Shown piece by piece: positions 7,979 to 18,464 of a stretch of DNA of 64,000 nt. Position numbers and translations under genes: made by a program. The stretch lies in contig JAMPAK010000001.1 in NCBI GenBank assembly GCA_023667285.1, positions 255,064 to 319,063 on the forward strand, in the 5' to 3' direction. The notes beneath the pieces are model-generated. The model ran no database searches. It was given only the letters and a program-made list of their open reading frames with translations, and was not told where the DNA came from. The stretch is from Muribaculaceae bacterium. Lineage in GTDB: Bacteria > Bacteroidota > Bacteroidia > Bacteroidales > Muribaculaceae. Position 1 is the first letter of the stretch. The number at the start of each line of letters is the position of its first letter.

Positions 7979-10348
7979 TCAGTCAAAGACACCTTCGAGC
8001 GAGGATTCCTCAGCATCGCTGTCGCGGTCGACGGTGTTGGTATATTCACCGTAATACTCTTTTTCACAGAGGTTCACATTGTCAGGGAAATCGAACTTTG
8101 TGTTCTGAGAATAGTTGAGCGATGGGTCGGCATAGACCTTTTTCATGAAACGTCCATAAATAGGGAGTGCCATTGATGCACCCTGTCCATAGGCCATTGT
8201 GTTGAAGTGGATAAATCTCTCATCACCTCCTACCCATGTCCCGGCCACAAGTTCAGGAGTGAAGCCCATGAACCATCCGTCGGCGTTATAGTTGGTTGTT
8301 CCAGTCTTGCCACCCATCTCAGCAGTTAGTCCGAAGCGCGAGCGCACTCTGTGGGCCGTTCCCTCGTTGACCACGTTCAGCAGCATGGAGAGAATCTTGA
8401 AGTAAGCTTTTTCGGAGATGACCTCGGTGTGTCGGGGGGTGAATTCAGAGATGATGTTTCCGTTATTGTCGGCGATAGCAGTCACAAACATCGGGTCGAC
8501 CCTCATGCCGTTGTTGGCGAAGGCGGAGTAAGCCGTCACCATTTCCTTGACAGAGACATCAGCCGGGCCAAGACACAGCGACATCACAGGTGGCAGAGTG
8601 GCGGTGATGCCGAAGTTATGCATCGTGCGGACCAGAGAAGGGGGCGACAACTGGGAGATGAGGCGTGCTGATATCCAGTTGTTTGAGTTTGTAAGTGCCC
8701 ATTTGAGGTCAACCATCTCTCCCACCCTAGCACTTCCGGCATTTCTTGGGGCCCATATGCGGCCGTTCTCATCAGTCAGCACGGGCTGAGTGTTTGAGAA
8801 TACATCACATGGGGTATATCCTTCCTCCATGGCGTAGGAATAGAGGAAGGGTTTCACAGTCGAACCAATCTGGCGGCGTCCTGTCGAGACCATGTCATAT
8901 TGGAAATATGAGAAGTCGGGGCCGCCGACATAAGCCTTGATGTGACCATTGCGTGGATTCATCGCCATGAATCCTGTGCGGAGAAAGTGTTTGTGATAGA
9001 GGACGGAGTCGAGAGGCGTCATCACAGTGTCGACCGAGCCGGCATATGTGAACACCTTCATCTCACGAGGAGTGTTGAACGCCCGGTCAATCTCCGCGCG
9101 TGAGGCACCGGCCTTGACCATATTGCGATAGCGGTCAGTGTTTTTCAGGGCATTGCGGATGAGGTGGTTGAGTCTTATCTCAGAGAGTTCGGCACGGTCT
9201 GTGGTGTAAGGCGCGCCCTTGGTGCCTCGTTTCTCACGGAAGAAAGCCTTCTGCAAGTCTCCTCCAAGGTGTTCGGCTACGGCATCCTCTGCATACTGCT
9301 GCATGCGTGAGTCAATCGTGGTGTATATCTTGAGGCCGTCAGTATAGATGTCATATTTCGTACCGTCAGGCTTGGGATTTTTCTCGATCCATCCAAAGAG
9401 TGGATTTGTCTCCCATGCAATCGAGTCGTCAATGAATTTCTGATTCTCCCATCCGCGATAGTTCTCACGTTCAGGCCTTTTGGCTCTCAGCATGCGCCGC
9501 AATTCCTCGCGGAAGTATGGGGCTATGCCATCCTTGGTGTCGACACGGTGGAAGTTGAGGGTCAGAGGGAGCTGAGAGAGGGAGTCGGCCTCCTGTTGGG
9601 AGAGTTTCCCGGCTTTGACCATCTGTGAAAACACGATGTTGCGGCGCTGGCGTGTACGTTCGTTCTGACGCACGGGATTGTAGTAGGAAGGATTCTTTAC
9701 CATTCCGACAAGAGTGGCAGCCTCCTCTATGTTAAGATCCTTTGGTTCTTTGCCGAAATATATATGAGCCGCACTCTTTATGCCCACGGCGTTGTAGAGA
9801 AAGTCAAACTGGTTGAGATACATCTTGATTATCTCTTCCTTGGAGTAATATCTTTCCAGTTTCACGGCGATCATCCACTCGATGGGCTTCTGCATGGCAC
9901 GTGTCAGAAGGCCTGAACTCTCGGGCGAGTACAACTGTTTGGCCAGCTGCTGTGTCAGGGTCGAACCGCCGCCTGAGTTGCGGTTTCCCAAGAGGACTGT
10001 CTTGAAGAGCACTCGCGCTAGTCCGCGCGCATCTATGCCTGAATGGTCCTCAAAGCGGACATCTTCTGTAGCAATCAGGGCGTCGATGACATGTGGGGAG
10101 ACCTCATCGAAATCAGCATACACGCGGTTGCCCGTGCCTGCGAAATATCGTCCTATCTCCTTGCCGTCTGCAGAATATAGCACGGAGGCATAGCGGTCTG
10201 TGGGGTTCTTCAGTTCCTCAACGGGAGGCATGTAGCCTATCACCCCATTGTATACAAGGAACAGGAAGAGAAACACGCCCACGACTCCAAGGACAAATAT
10301 TGCCCAGAGTGTGGCGATAAGGCCGCTGCCGAAAGAGATCTTCTTCAT
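7979..10348 (-). CDS. Penicillin-binding protein 1A (transglycosylase/transpeptidase)
   Basis: GT51 motifs EDVRF, GGSTLTQQLAK, RK-like MQKPIEW. Transpeptidase motifs GSTVKP (SxxK), SNN and KTG. Confidence 0.93.
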   Translation of the reverse strand: MKKISFGSGLIATLWAIFVLGVVGVFLFLFLVYNGVIGYMPPVEELKNPTDRYASVLYSADGKEIGRYFAGTGNRVYADFDEVSPHVIDALIATEDVRFEDHSGIDARGLARVLFKTVLLGNRNSGGGSTLTQQLAKQLYSPESSGLLTRAMQKPIEWMIAVKLERYYSKEEIIKMYLNQFDFLYNAVGIKSAAHIYFGKEPKDLNIEEAATLVGMVKNPSYYNPVRQNERTRQRRNIVFSQMVKAGKLSQQEADSLSQLPLTLNFHRVDTKDGIAPYFREELRRMLRAKRPERENYRGWENQKFIDDSIAWETNPLFGWIEKNPKPDGTKYDIYTDGLKIYTTIDSRMQQYAEDAVAEHLGGDLQKAFFREKRGTKGAPYTTDRAELSEIRLNHLIRNALKNTDRYRNMVKAGASRAEIDRAFNTPREMKVFTYAGSVDTVMTPLDSVLYHKHFLRTGFMAMNPRNGHIKAYVGGPDFSYFQYDMVSTGRRQIGSTVKPFLYSYAMEEGYTPCDVFSNTQPVLTDENGRIWAPRNAGSARVGEMVDLKWALTNSNNWISARLISQLSPPSLVRTMHNFGITATLPPVMSLCLGPADVSVKEMVTAYSAFANNGMRVDPMFVTAIADNNGNIISEFTPRHTEVISEKAYFKILSMLLNVVNEGTAHRVRSRFGLTAEMGGKTGTTNYNADGWFMGFTPELVAGTWVGGDERFIHFNTMAYGQGASMALPIYGRFMKKVYADPSLNYSQNTKFDFPDNVNLCEKEYYGEYTNTVDRDSDAEESSLEGVFD

Positions 10349-10352
10349 GATG

Positions 10353-11666
10353 TTATTTGCCTATGGCTGTATATGTGAAACCCTCGCTGACCACATCGTC
10401 CTTGTCGTAAATGTTGCGGCCATCGACGATGAGAGGCTGTCTCATCACCTTTTTCATCACTCTCCATGAGGGGACACGGAATTGCTTCCACTCCGTCACC
10501 AGAGCTAGCGCGTCAGCATCGATGACAGCGTCATACATGTCTTTGGCATAAGTGACACGGTCGCCGATGCGACGGCGGCACTCATCCATAGCCACCGGAT
10601 CGAAAACCTTGACGTTAGCGCCTGCCTGGAGTAGTTTCTCTATTATGATAAGAGCCGGAGCCTCACGCATGTCGTCTGTCTCAGGCTTGAATGCGAGTCC
10701 CCACAAGGCTATATTACGTCCCTTCAGGTCGCCGTCAAGGAGTTTGTAAAGTTTTTTGAACACGATAGACTTCTGCCTGTCGTTCACCTGCTCGACAGCC
10801 TCGATCACCCCCATGGTGTAGCCATGCTCACGCCCTGTATGAGCCAAAGCCTTTACATCTTTGGGGAAGCATGAGCCTCCATACCCACATCCTGCATAGA
10901 GAAACTTGGAGCCAATGCGGGCATCGGTTCCTATCCCCTTGCGGACATGGTCGACATTGGCTCCCACGAGGTCGCAGAGGTTTGCTATATCGTTCATGAA
11001 GGATATGCGAGTGGCCAACATGGCGTTAGCGGCATATTTGGTCATCTCAGCCGAGGGTATGTCCATGAAATAGACCCTGAAGTTGTTGGTGAGGAATGGA
11101 CGGTAGAGTTTGGTCATCACCTTGCGAGCACGGTCGCTCTCAACCCCTACCACAACGCGGTCAGGAGACATGAAATCCTTGATGGCGGCTCCCTCCTTGA
11201 GGAATTCGGGGTTAGATGCCACCTCGAAGTCGATGGACTCACCACGCTTGGCGAGTTCCTCGAGGATAGTGGCCTTCACCTTGTTTGCAGTTCCGACAGG
11301 AACGGTCGACTTGGTGACGAGGATTGTATATTTCTTGATATTCTGCCCGAAAGTGCGCGCCACGGCCAAGACATATTTCAGGTCTGCGGAGCCATCCTCG
11401 TCAGGGGGAGTCCCGACTGCCGAGAACACCACTTCCACATCATCAAGACATGAGGTGAGGTCGGTGGTGAAGTGCAGACGTCCGGCCTCGACATTTCTTT
11501 TCACAAGGTCGTCGAGCCCCGGCTCATATATGGGAATCCTGCCTTCGAGAAGTGCTTGAATTTTCTTCTCGTCGATGTCCACACATGTCACGTCTATCCC
11601 CATCTCTGCGAAGCATGCCCCGGAGACGAGACCTACATAACCTGTGCCAACTATTGCTATATTCAT
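10353..11666 (-). CDS. ugd: UDP-glucose 6-dehydrogenase
   Basis: GTGYVG Rossmann motif, VTKSTVPVGT, NPEFLKEG, GYGGSCFPKD with the catalytic Cys. Confidence 0.96.
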   Translation of the reverse strand: MNIAIVGTGYVGLVSGACFAEMGIDVTCVDIDEKKIQALLEGRIPIYEPGLDDLVKRNVEAGRLHFTTDLTSCLDDVEVVFSAVGTPPDEDGSADLKYVLAVARTFGQNIKKYTILVTKSTVPVGTANKVKATILEELAKRGESIDFEVASNPEFLKEGAAIKDFMSPDRVVVGVESDRARKVMTKLYRPFLTNNFRVYFMDIPSAEMTKYAANAMLATRISFMNDIANLCDLVGANVDHVRKGIGTDARIGSKFLYAGCGYGGSCFPKDVKALAHTGREHGYTMGVIEAVEQVNDRQKSIVFKKLYKLLDGDLKGRNIALWGLAFKPETDDMREAPALIIIEKLLQAGANVKVFDPVAMDECRRRIGDRVTYAKDMYDAVIDADALALVTEWKQFRVPSWRVMKKVMRQPLIVDGRNIYDKDDVVSEGFTYTAIGK

Positions 11667-11705
11667 GGATGATGTCGGAATTAGGATTTCAGATTTCAGT
11701 TGTTT

Positions 11706-12647
11706 TCAGCGCTCGGCTCTGACGGGATTATTAAGAAAATCCTCATATGCCAGACGGATTCCTTCAGGAAGTTCGGTCGAGTAAGTCCAGCCGAGCGACG
11801 TGGCTTTCGAGACGTCGAGCAGTTTGCGCGGAGTCCCATTGGGCCGAGATGTGTCCCATAGAATCTTCCCTTCATAGCCCACAATGCCGGCAACCAGTTC
11901 GGTGAGTTCTCGAATTGTCAGTTCTTTTCCTGTCCCGGCATTGACGGTCTCATTGCCTGAATAATGGTTCATCAGGAACACACACAGGTTGGCCAAATCA
12001 TCGACATAGAGAAACTCCCTGAGAGGACTGCCGTCACCCCAGCATGTCACCTCCTGCATGCCACTCACCTTAGCCTCATGGAAACGGCGTATCAATGCCG
12101 GGAGAACATGAGAGTGCTCAGGATGATAATTGTCATTTGGGCCATAAAGATTAGTAGGCATTACGGAGATGTAGTCCGTGCCATACTGACGGTTGAGAAA
12201 CTCACAGTATTTCAAGCCTGAGATTTTCGCCAGGGCATATGCCTCGTTCGTTTTCTCAAGTTCAGATGTGAGCAGGCAGCTTTCAGGCATTGGCTGTGGA
12301 GCCATGCGTGGATAGATGCATGAGGATCCTAAAAACTCGAGTTTGCGACATCCGTTGCGCCAGGCGGCATTGATGACATTCATCTCTAGCATCATGTTCT
12401 CATACATGAAATCGGCCAATGCTGATGAATTGGCCACAATACCACCCACCTTGGCGGCTGCCAGGAAAACATATTCTGGACGCTCCATGGCAAAGAAATC
12501 GTTGACAGCCTGCTGATTGATCAGGTCGAGTTCGGAATGGGTGCGAGTGATGATATTCTCATAACCCTGTCGCTTGAGCTCGCGCACAATCGCAGACCCG
12601 ACCATGCCTCGGTGGCCGGCCACATATATTTTGGAGTTCTTTTCCAT
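11706..12647 (-). CDS. fcl: GDP-L-fucose synthase
   Basis: [32 protein letters not shown] (YxxxK), [12 protein letters not shown]. Confidence 0.96.
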   Translation of the reverse strand: MEKNSKIYVAGHRGMVGSAIVRELKRQGYENIITRTHSELDLINQQAVNDFFAMERPEYVFLAAAKVGGIVANSSALADFMYENMMLEMNVINAAWRNGCRKLEFLGSSCIYPRMAPQPMPESCLLTSELEKTNEAYALAKISGLKYCEFLNRQYGTDYISVMPTNLYGPNDNYHPEHSHVLPALIRRFHEAKVSGMQEVTCWGDGSPLREFLYVDDLANLCVFLMNHYSGNETVNAGTGKELTIRELTELVAGIVGYEGKILWDTSRPNGTPRKLLDVSKATSLGWTYSTELPEGIRLAYEDFLNNPVRAER

Positions 12648-12668
12648 GAGAGTCTTGTTTTCAAACTA

Positions 12669-12676
12669 CAAAATTA
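12669..12676 (-). promoter_or_regulatory. -7 promoter element TAATTTTG for fcl-ugd-pbp1A
   Basis: Exact TAnnTTTG 21 nt upstream of the fcl ATG. Confidence 0.65.
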
Positions 12677-12747
12677 CGAAAAACTCCGATTGTCAGAAAA
12701 CATGCAGGATTTTTTAACTCATAGCGAGACGTCGAGAACCGCTGAGT

Positions 12748-13818
12748 TCATCGATGAGAAGCCTTGTAGTAGAGTATCACCGCGATTATCGTATAGATAA
12801 TATTGGGAATCCACATGGCCACCAGGGGGGATGTCGCTCCTGAGATGGCAAAGGTGGAAGTTACGGTCATAAACATAATGTAACTGAAACTCAAAACCAG
12901 GCCGATGCCAATGTTGACACCCATTCCACCCTTTACCTTACGGGAAGACAATGCCATGCCTATGACTGTCAGGATAAACGCTGCAGCCGTCATGGCAAAG
13001 CGACGATGGTTCTCAATCTCAAAACTCTTGATATTGGCTACTCCGCGGTCTTTCTGACGTGAGATATACTCCCTAAGGGCCGGAGATGTCATCATCTCGT
13101 GGTCGGTTGAGCTGATTAGGAAATCGCGAGGCTCAAAGGGGATGATTGTGTCGAGCCTCTGCCCCCGTCTTATGTTCTCGCGCTGTCCATCGAAATCGCG
13201 TATCATATAATCGCGCACGGTCCAATGGTGAAGTGTGTCCCACCGGATTGACTGAGCTGTGAGACGCGATACAAGTCTCTTGCCATCAAATGACTCGAGC
13301 GAGAACTTATATCCGGTTTTCTGAAGGTTGTCGTATCTCGACATATAGGCAATCTCACCCTTGGCCACCTGTAGCTGGATGTTGGCACCATAGTCAACTC
13401 TTTTGTTTTTGACATAGGTGTTCGTGTAGTCTATTCGCTTCACATTGGCCGGAGGAATGATATATGCGCTCAACACATATGTGGCCATGGCTATCACTGC
13501 GGCGCTTATCATGTAGGGCCTTAGCAGCCTGTTATAGCTCATACCAGCTGAGAGCATCGCTATAATCTCACTGTTATCAGCAAGTTTGGATGTAAAGAAG
13601 ATTACAGCGATAAAGGTGAACAGCGGGCTGAACTGATTTGCAAAATATGGCAGGAAGTTCAGGAAGTAGTCAAAAATCGTGGCCCTCAGCGGTGCCTTAA
13701 GGAAGGCATCAAGTTTCTCGTTGACGTCAAACATCACCGTGATGGCCAGAATCAGGGCTATCGCAAAGATGTATGTTCCCAGAAACTTACGGATAATATA
13801 CCAGTCGAGAATCTTCAT
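12748..13818 (-). CDS. LptF/LptG (YjgP/YjgQ) family LPS export permease
   Basis: MKILDWYIIRKFLGT start, SEIIAMLSAG motif, three N-terminal TMs, periplasmic beta domain, three C-terminal TMs. Confidence 0.9.
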   Translation of the reverse strand: MKILDWYIIRKFLGTYIFAIALILAITVMFDVNEKLDAFLKAPLRATIFDYFLNFLPYFANQFSPLFTFIAVIFFTSKLADNSEIIAMLSAGMSYNRLLRPYMISAAVIAMATYVLSAYIIPPANVKRIDYTNTYVKNKRVDYGANIQLQVAKGEIAYMSRYDNLQKTGYKFSLESFDGKRLVSRLTAQSIRWDTLHHWTVRDYMIRDFDGQRENIRRGQRLDTIIPFEPRDFLISSTDHEMMTSPALREYISRQKDRGVANIKSFEIENHRRFAMTAAAFILTVIGMALSSRKVKGGMGVNIGIGLVLSFSYIMFMTVTSTFAISGATSPLVAMWIPNIIYTIIAVILYYKASHR

Positions 13819-13839
13819 TTGCCTAATAGAGACACGTTT

Positions 13840-14970
13840 TCAGAGCCTGCGGGTGACGTTTTCAACCATCTCAGTCTTCCACACTTTGAAATCGCCGGTG
13901 ATGATGTGACGACGTGCCTCCCCAACGAGCCAGAGATAGAACGCAAGATTATGGATAGAAGCAATCTGCATCGCCAGGATCTCATCGGCTATAAACAAGT
14001 GCCTGAGGTAAGCCTTGGAATATGCGCGGTCCACGTAACTCGGGCCATCTTCCTGAATGGGAGAAAAGTCATTGGCCCACTTCAGATTACGCATATTCAT
14101 GATGCCATGGCGAGTAAACAGCATGCCGTTACGGCCATTTCTTGTAGGCATCACGCAGTCCATCATGTCGACCCCTCGGTCGATGGCTTCGAGGATATTG
14201 GCCGGAGTCCCCACCCCCATAAGATAGCGTGGCTTCTCCTTGGGGAGAATATCATTCACGACCTCAATCATCTCATACATAACCTCTGTCGGCTCACCCA
14301 CGGCAAGGCCGCCGATGGCATTACCCTCAGCGCCCAGATCGGCCACATGTCTGGCGGCCTCTCGCCTAAGTTCCGGATAGGTAACACCCTGGACTATGGG
14401 AAAGAAAGCCTGACGGTGACCATAGCGTGGTTGGGTTGAGTTGAAGTGTTTCCACCCACGCTCGAGCCATCGCTTGGTCAACTGCAGTGATTTACGTGCA
14501 TAGTCGAAATCAGCCGTTCCCGGAGGACACTCATCGAGGGCCATCATGATGTCTGACCCTATGGAGCGCTGAATCTCTACAACTTTCTCAGGAGTGAACA
14601 AGTGTTTCGAGCCGTCGATATGGCTGCGAAAATGAGCGCCCTCCTCAGTGAGCTTGCGATTAGAGGAGAGAGAGAATACCTGAAACCCCCCACTGTCTGT
14701 CAGGATTGGTTTCTCCCAACCATTGAACTTGTGGAGTCCGCCCGCCTGCTCAAGAATGCTGATGCCCGGACGGAGATACAGGTGATATGTATTGCCGAGG
14801 ATAATCTGAGCCTTGATATCGTCGCGCAGTTCATGTTGATGAACGGCCTTGACACTGCCGAGTGTACCCACCGGCATGAATATAGGTGTCTCGATTGTGC
14901 CGTGGTCTGTCGTAATGAGACCCGCCCTGGCCTCTGACCCCGGGGTAGTGGCTATGACTTTATAATCCAT
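13840..14970 (-). CDS. tgt: tRNA-guanine(34) transglycosylase
   Basis: TPIFMPVGT, NTYHLYLRPG, LTDSGGFQVFSL, YLMGVG, DCVMPTRNGR, HNL zinc-site region. Confidence 0.97.
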   Translation of the reverse strand: MDYKVIATTPGSEARAGLITTDHGTIETPIFMPVGTLGSVKAVHQHELRDDIKAQIILGNTYHLYLRPGISILEQAGGLHKFNGWEKPILTDSGGFQVFSLSSNRKLTEEGAHFRSHIDGSKHLFTPEKVVEIQRSIGSDIMMALDECPPGTADFDYARKSLQLTKRWLERGWKHFNSTQPRYGHRQAFFPIVQGVTYPELRREAARHVADLGAEGNAIGGLAVGEPTEVMYEMIEVVNDILPKEKPRYLMGVGTPANILEAIDRGVDMMDCVMPTRNGRNGMLFTRHGIMNMRNLKWANDFSPIQEDGPSYVDRAYSKAYLRHLFIADEILAMQIASIHNLAFYLWLVGEARRHIITGDFKVWKTEMVENVTRRL

Positions 14971-14972
14971 GC

Positions 14973-15566
14973 TCAGGGGCGCACTTCATAATAAGGGATA
15001 TCTACAAGCTTGATGTCGAAGACAAGTGTCGAGTAGGGCTTGATGATGCCGGCTGACTGGGCGCCATACCCGAGGCTATATGGGATGACAACCTGGATGC
15101 TGTCCCCCACCCTCATCTCCTGCAGGGCTATGGTCCATCCCGAGATCACGCCATTCACTCGAGTGCGAAAGATGCTGTCGCCATATGTCGTGTTGGTGAA
15201 TGATGAGTCGAATGGCTCACCGTTATACAGACGGCCTATATACTTGACATCGACTGTCGAGTTCAACAGCGGGGAGTAGTTACCCTCGGTCTTTGAACGG
15301 TCCTTGAGATAGCGGACTAGTATCTGAGCGCCTGTGTTCCATGCCGGAGTGAGGGTCTGATAATAACTCTTTCCATCTTCTATCCTGAACTGCTGCTCGC
15401 TGAAGAAAGCCTCGTTAGCCTCGCGCCATTCCTTGTAGTCGTCCCAGTTGTTGGTGCTCTCGTCATCATTGCACCCCACGATTGTCAGTGCCATGGTGAC
15501 ACTTGCCATCAATGGGAGCAATAGACGGGTCTTGACTATGCTTAGTGTCATCTCTTTATAAATCAA
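14973..15566 (-). CDS. FKBP-type peptidyl-prolyl isomerase (lipoprotein)
   Basis: Lipobox IVGC. VKYIGRLYNGEPFDSS, VISGWTIAL, IPYSLGYG, PYSTLVFDIKL. Confidence 0.92.
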   Translation of the reverse strand: MIYKEMTLSIVKTRLLLPLMASVTMALTIVGCNDDESTNNWDDYKEWREANEAFFSEQQFRIEDGKSYYQTLTPAWNTGAQILVRYLKDRSKTEGNYSPLLNSTVDVKYIGRLYNGEPFDSSFTNTTYGDSIFRTRVNGVISGWTIALQEMRVGDSIQVVIPYSLGYGAQSAGIIKPYSTLVFDIKLVDIPYYEVRP

Positions 15567-16156
15567 AATTTCACCTCTGGGGCTCTCTGGGCAGAGTCAT
15601 CAGCCTTAAACTGAGGTTCGGCATTAAACCCGAACCATCCGGCATATATAACCGTGGGGAATTTCTTAATCGAGGTGTTATACTGAGCCACAGCCTCCGT
15701 ATAACGGCCACGGGCGGTGGCTATACGGTTTTCCGTGCCCTCCAGCTGCACCTGCAGGTCGCGGAAATTCTCATTGGCTTTCAGGTCAGGATATGCCTCA
15801 GTAACGGCCAGAAGAGATTTCAGTGCGCCAGTCAGTTCGTTTTGCGCAGCCTGAAACTTTGCGAGCGTCTCCTCATTGAGGTCGTCGGCATTAATATTTA
15901 TAGAGGTGGCGGCGGCTCGGGCCTGTGTCACCTTCTCGAGAGTCTCGCTCTCGTGAGTGGCATAGCCTTTCACTGTGGCTACAAGGTTGGGAATCAGGTC
16001 AGCGCGGCGCTGATACTGATTCTGTACCTCAGCCCATTGCTGGGCTACGCCCTGCTTCTGCTCCACAAGTGAGTTATAGTTGCAGGAGGTCAACATGGGG
16101 AGCATGGCGATGGCCAGCAGTATGATGCGGAAATATTTCATAGTCTTTGTTCTCAA
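15563..16156 (-). CDS. lemA: LemA family protein
   Basis: YNSL, WAEVQNQYQRRADLIPNLV, YPDLKANENF, QLEGTENRI. ATGA overlaps with both neighbours. The start may be the second Met (MKYF). Confidence 0.93.
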   Translation of the reverse strand: MRTKTMKYFRIILLAIAMLPMLTSCNYNSLVEQKQGVAQQWAEVQNQYQRRADLIPNLVATVKGYATHESETLEKVTQARAAATSININADDLNEETLAKFQAAQNELTGALKSLLAVTEAYPDLKANENFRDLQVQLEGTENRIATARGRYTEAVAQYNTSIKKFPTVIYAGWFGFNAEPQFKADDSAQRAPEVKF

Positions 16157-17697
16157 CCTAGTTTACGAAGGAGTGTGTTAATGCTCACCTCAGAGTGGAT
16201 GATTTTGTGGAGATCCTCAATCTTGACACGAGTCTGATTCATGGAATCGCGCTCGCGCAGTGTGACTGTGTCGTCCTCGAGAGTCTGGTGGTCTACTGTT
16301 ATGCAGAAGGGTGTGCCAATGGCGTCCTGTCGGCGGTAACGCTTGCCGATGGAATCCTTCTCCTCATAGTGTGTGGCAAAGTCAAACTTAAGATCGTTCA
16401 CAATCTCGCGGGCCTTGTCGGGGAGACCGTCCTTGCGGACAAGGGGCATGACTGCACACTTGACGGGGGCAAGGGGCGCGGGAAGATGGAGAACCACACG
16501 CTTGTCGCCACCCTCAAGTTCCTGCTCCTCATAGCTTGAGCAGAGCACGCTGAGGAACATACGATCCACTCCGATAGATGTCTCTATGACATAAGGAGTA
16601 TAACTCTCGCCCAGTTCAGGGTCAAAGTATTGGATCTTTTTGCCTGAGAACTTCTCGTGCTGACTCAGGTCGAAGTTTGTGCGGGAGTGGATTCCCTCGA
16701 CCTCCTTGAAGCCGAATGGCATCTGGAACTCGATGTCTGTGGCGGCATTGGCATAGTGAGCCAGTTTCTCATGGTCATGATAGCGATATTTCTCATCGCC
16801 AAGACCGAGGGCCTTGTGCCAGCGCAGACGGAACTCCTTCCATGTCTTGAACCATTCCATCTCTGAGCCCGGACGAACGAAGAACTGCATCTCCATCTGC
16901 TCGAACTCCCTCATGCGGAATATGAACTGACGAGCCACAATCTCATTGCGGAACGCTTTTCCTATCTGGGCGATGCCAAAGGGAATGCGCATGCGGCCGG
17001 TCTTCTGCACGTTCAGATAGTTCACAAAGATGCCCTGGGCGGTCTCCGGTCTGAGATAGACTGTCATGGCGCCGTCAGCCGTTGAGCCCATCTCCGTGCG
17101 GAACATGAGGTTGAACTGTCGCACCTCTGTCCAGTTCTTTGTGCCGGATATTGGACAAACAATCTCCTCGTCTACTATAATCTGACGGAGTTCGTCGAGA
17201 TTATTTTCGTTCATGGCTTTTGAGAAACGCTCATGGAGAGCATCGCGTTTGGCCTGGTGCTCGAGCACACGTGGATTGGTCTGACGGAACATGGCCTCGT
17301 CAAACGAATCGCCGAAACGCTTTGCTGCCTTGGCTACCTCCTTATCAATCTTCTCTTCAATCTTGGCAATCTGCTCCTCAATGAGGACGTCGGCACGATA
17401 GCGCTTCTTGGAGTCCTTGTTGTCGATGAGCGGATCATTGAAGGCATCGACGTGGCCTGATGCTTTCCAGATGGTGGGGTGCATGAAAATCGCTGAGTCT
17501 ATGCCCACAATATTCTCATGCAGAAGTGTCATTGAGTCCCACCAATAGCGCTTGATGTTGTTCTTGAGTTCAACGCCATTCTGTCCATAATCGTAAACGG
17601 CTGAGAGACCGTCATATATATCGCTGGAGGGAAATACGAAGCCATACTCTTTGGCGTGGCTCACGATCTTCTTGAAAACATCTTCCTGGGTAGCCAT
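16153..17697 (-). CDS. glyQS: Glycine--tRNA ligase (alpha2 type)
   Basis: DYGQNGVELK, YLRPETAQG, FRNEI, REFEQMEMQF, ETSIGVDR, C-terminal anticodon-binding domain. Confidence 0.96.
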   Translation of the reverse strand: MATQEDVFKKIVSHAKEYGFVFPSSDIYDGLSAVYDYGQNGVELKNNIKRYWWDSMTLLHENIVGIDSAIFMHPTIWKASGHVDAFNDPLIDNKDSKKRYRADVLIEEQIAKIEEKIDKEVAKAAKRFGDSFDEAMFRQTNPRVLEHQAKRDALHERFSKAMNENNLDELRQIIVDEEIVCPISGTKNWTEVRQFNLMFRTEMGSTADGAMTVYLRPETAQGIFVNYLNVQKTGRMRIPFGIAQIGKAFRNEIVARQFIFRMREFEQMEMQFFVRPGSEMEWFKTWKEFRLRWHKALGLGDEKYRYHDHEKLAHYANAATDIEFQMPFGFKEVEGIHSRTNFDLSQHEKFSGKKIQYFDPELGESYTPYVIETSIGVDRMFLSVLCSSYEEQELEGGDKRVVLHLPAPLAPVKCAVMPLVRKDGLPDKAREIVNDLKFDFATHYEEKDSIGKRYRRQDAIGTPFCITVDHQTLEDDTVTLRERDSMNQTRVKIEDLHKIIHSEVSINTLLRKLG

Positions 17698-17735
17698 TTG
17701 TGTCTTTTTTGTGATTGTTTTTTAGTTTTGAGAGG

Positions 17736-17743
17736 CAAAGTTA
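17736..17743 (-). promoter_or_regulatory. -7 promoter element TAACTTTG for the glyQS operon
   Basis: Exact TAnnTTTG about 40 nt upstream of the glyQS ATG. Confidence 0.7.
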
Positions 17744-17801
17744 CGGATTAATCATGACATATGCAAAACGAGTTTCGCTATATCTCATTTGTAAATCCGT
17801 G

Positions 17802-18290
17802 CTACAGGATTTTCATAGCGATTGCCGCACAAGCCTCGGCATCTGCAAGAGCATTGTGATGATTCCTCAGGTCAAACCCGCAGGCTTCGGCCACGACGTG
17901 GAGTTTGTGGCAAGGGAGCCTTAGTTTACGTCGAGAGGCTGCAAGTGTGCAATGAAATTCATAGCCGGGATATTCCATCCCATATTCAGCAAACACAGCC
18001 TTTAGACATGATTCGTCAAACGGTTTGTTGTGAGCCACAAGGGGGAGCCCCTCAATTTTCTTCTCCACTTGCTTCCACACCTCCGGGAAAGTCGGCGCCT
18101 TGTCAGTATCGGCATTTGTAAGACCATGCACCTGTGTGTTCCAATAAGAATAGTAGTTTGGGGTGGGATTGATGAGACTATAAAATCGGTCGACAATCGC
18201 TCCATCGCGCACTATAATGAGGCCCACACTGCAGACACTGCTCCTGCAGCCGTTGGCTGTCTCAAAATCTATCGCTACAAAATTTTCCAT
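17802..18290 (-). CDS. DEDDh 3'-5' exonuclease (DNA polymerase III epsilon-like)
   Basis: AIDFETAN (ExoI), LVAHNKPFD (ExoII), HHNALADAEAC (ExoIII). Start reassigned to ATG 18290 (MENFVAIDFET). Confidence 0.9.
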   Translation of the reverse strand: MENFVAIDFETANGCRSSVCSVGLIIVRDGAIVDRFYSLINPTPNYYSYWNTQVHGLTNADTDKAPTFPEVWKQVEKKIEGLPLVAHNKPFDESCLKAVFAEYGMEYPGYEFHCTLAASRRKLRLPCHKLHVVAEACGFDLRNHHNALADAEACAAIAMKIL

Positions 18291-18414
18291 TCGCTTCTGT
18301 GTTTCCTTCTGTCTTATATGATTATAACGGGCCGGAGGGCGTTTTAGTACACTCACAATCCCCTCGGGCAACAAGTAAAAACAGATGAAATCATATTATC
18401 TCGGAAATTTGTTG

Positions 18415-18422
18415 TATCTTTG
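18415..18422 (+). promoter_or_regulatory. -7 promoter element TATCTTTG for the fumarase operon
   Basis: Exact TAnnTTTG 42 nt upstream of the fumarase ATG. Confidence 0.65.
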
Positions 18423-18464
18423 TGTCCCTAATCGACTGAAAGAACTAACGACAATCAACTGCAT

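Noticed and set aside
7896-7979. Possible invertible promoter for the capsule operon
   Set aside because: No flanking inverted repeats and no recombinase are visible.
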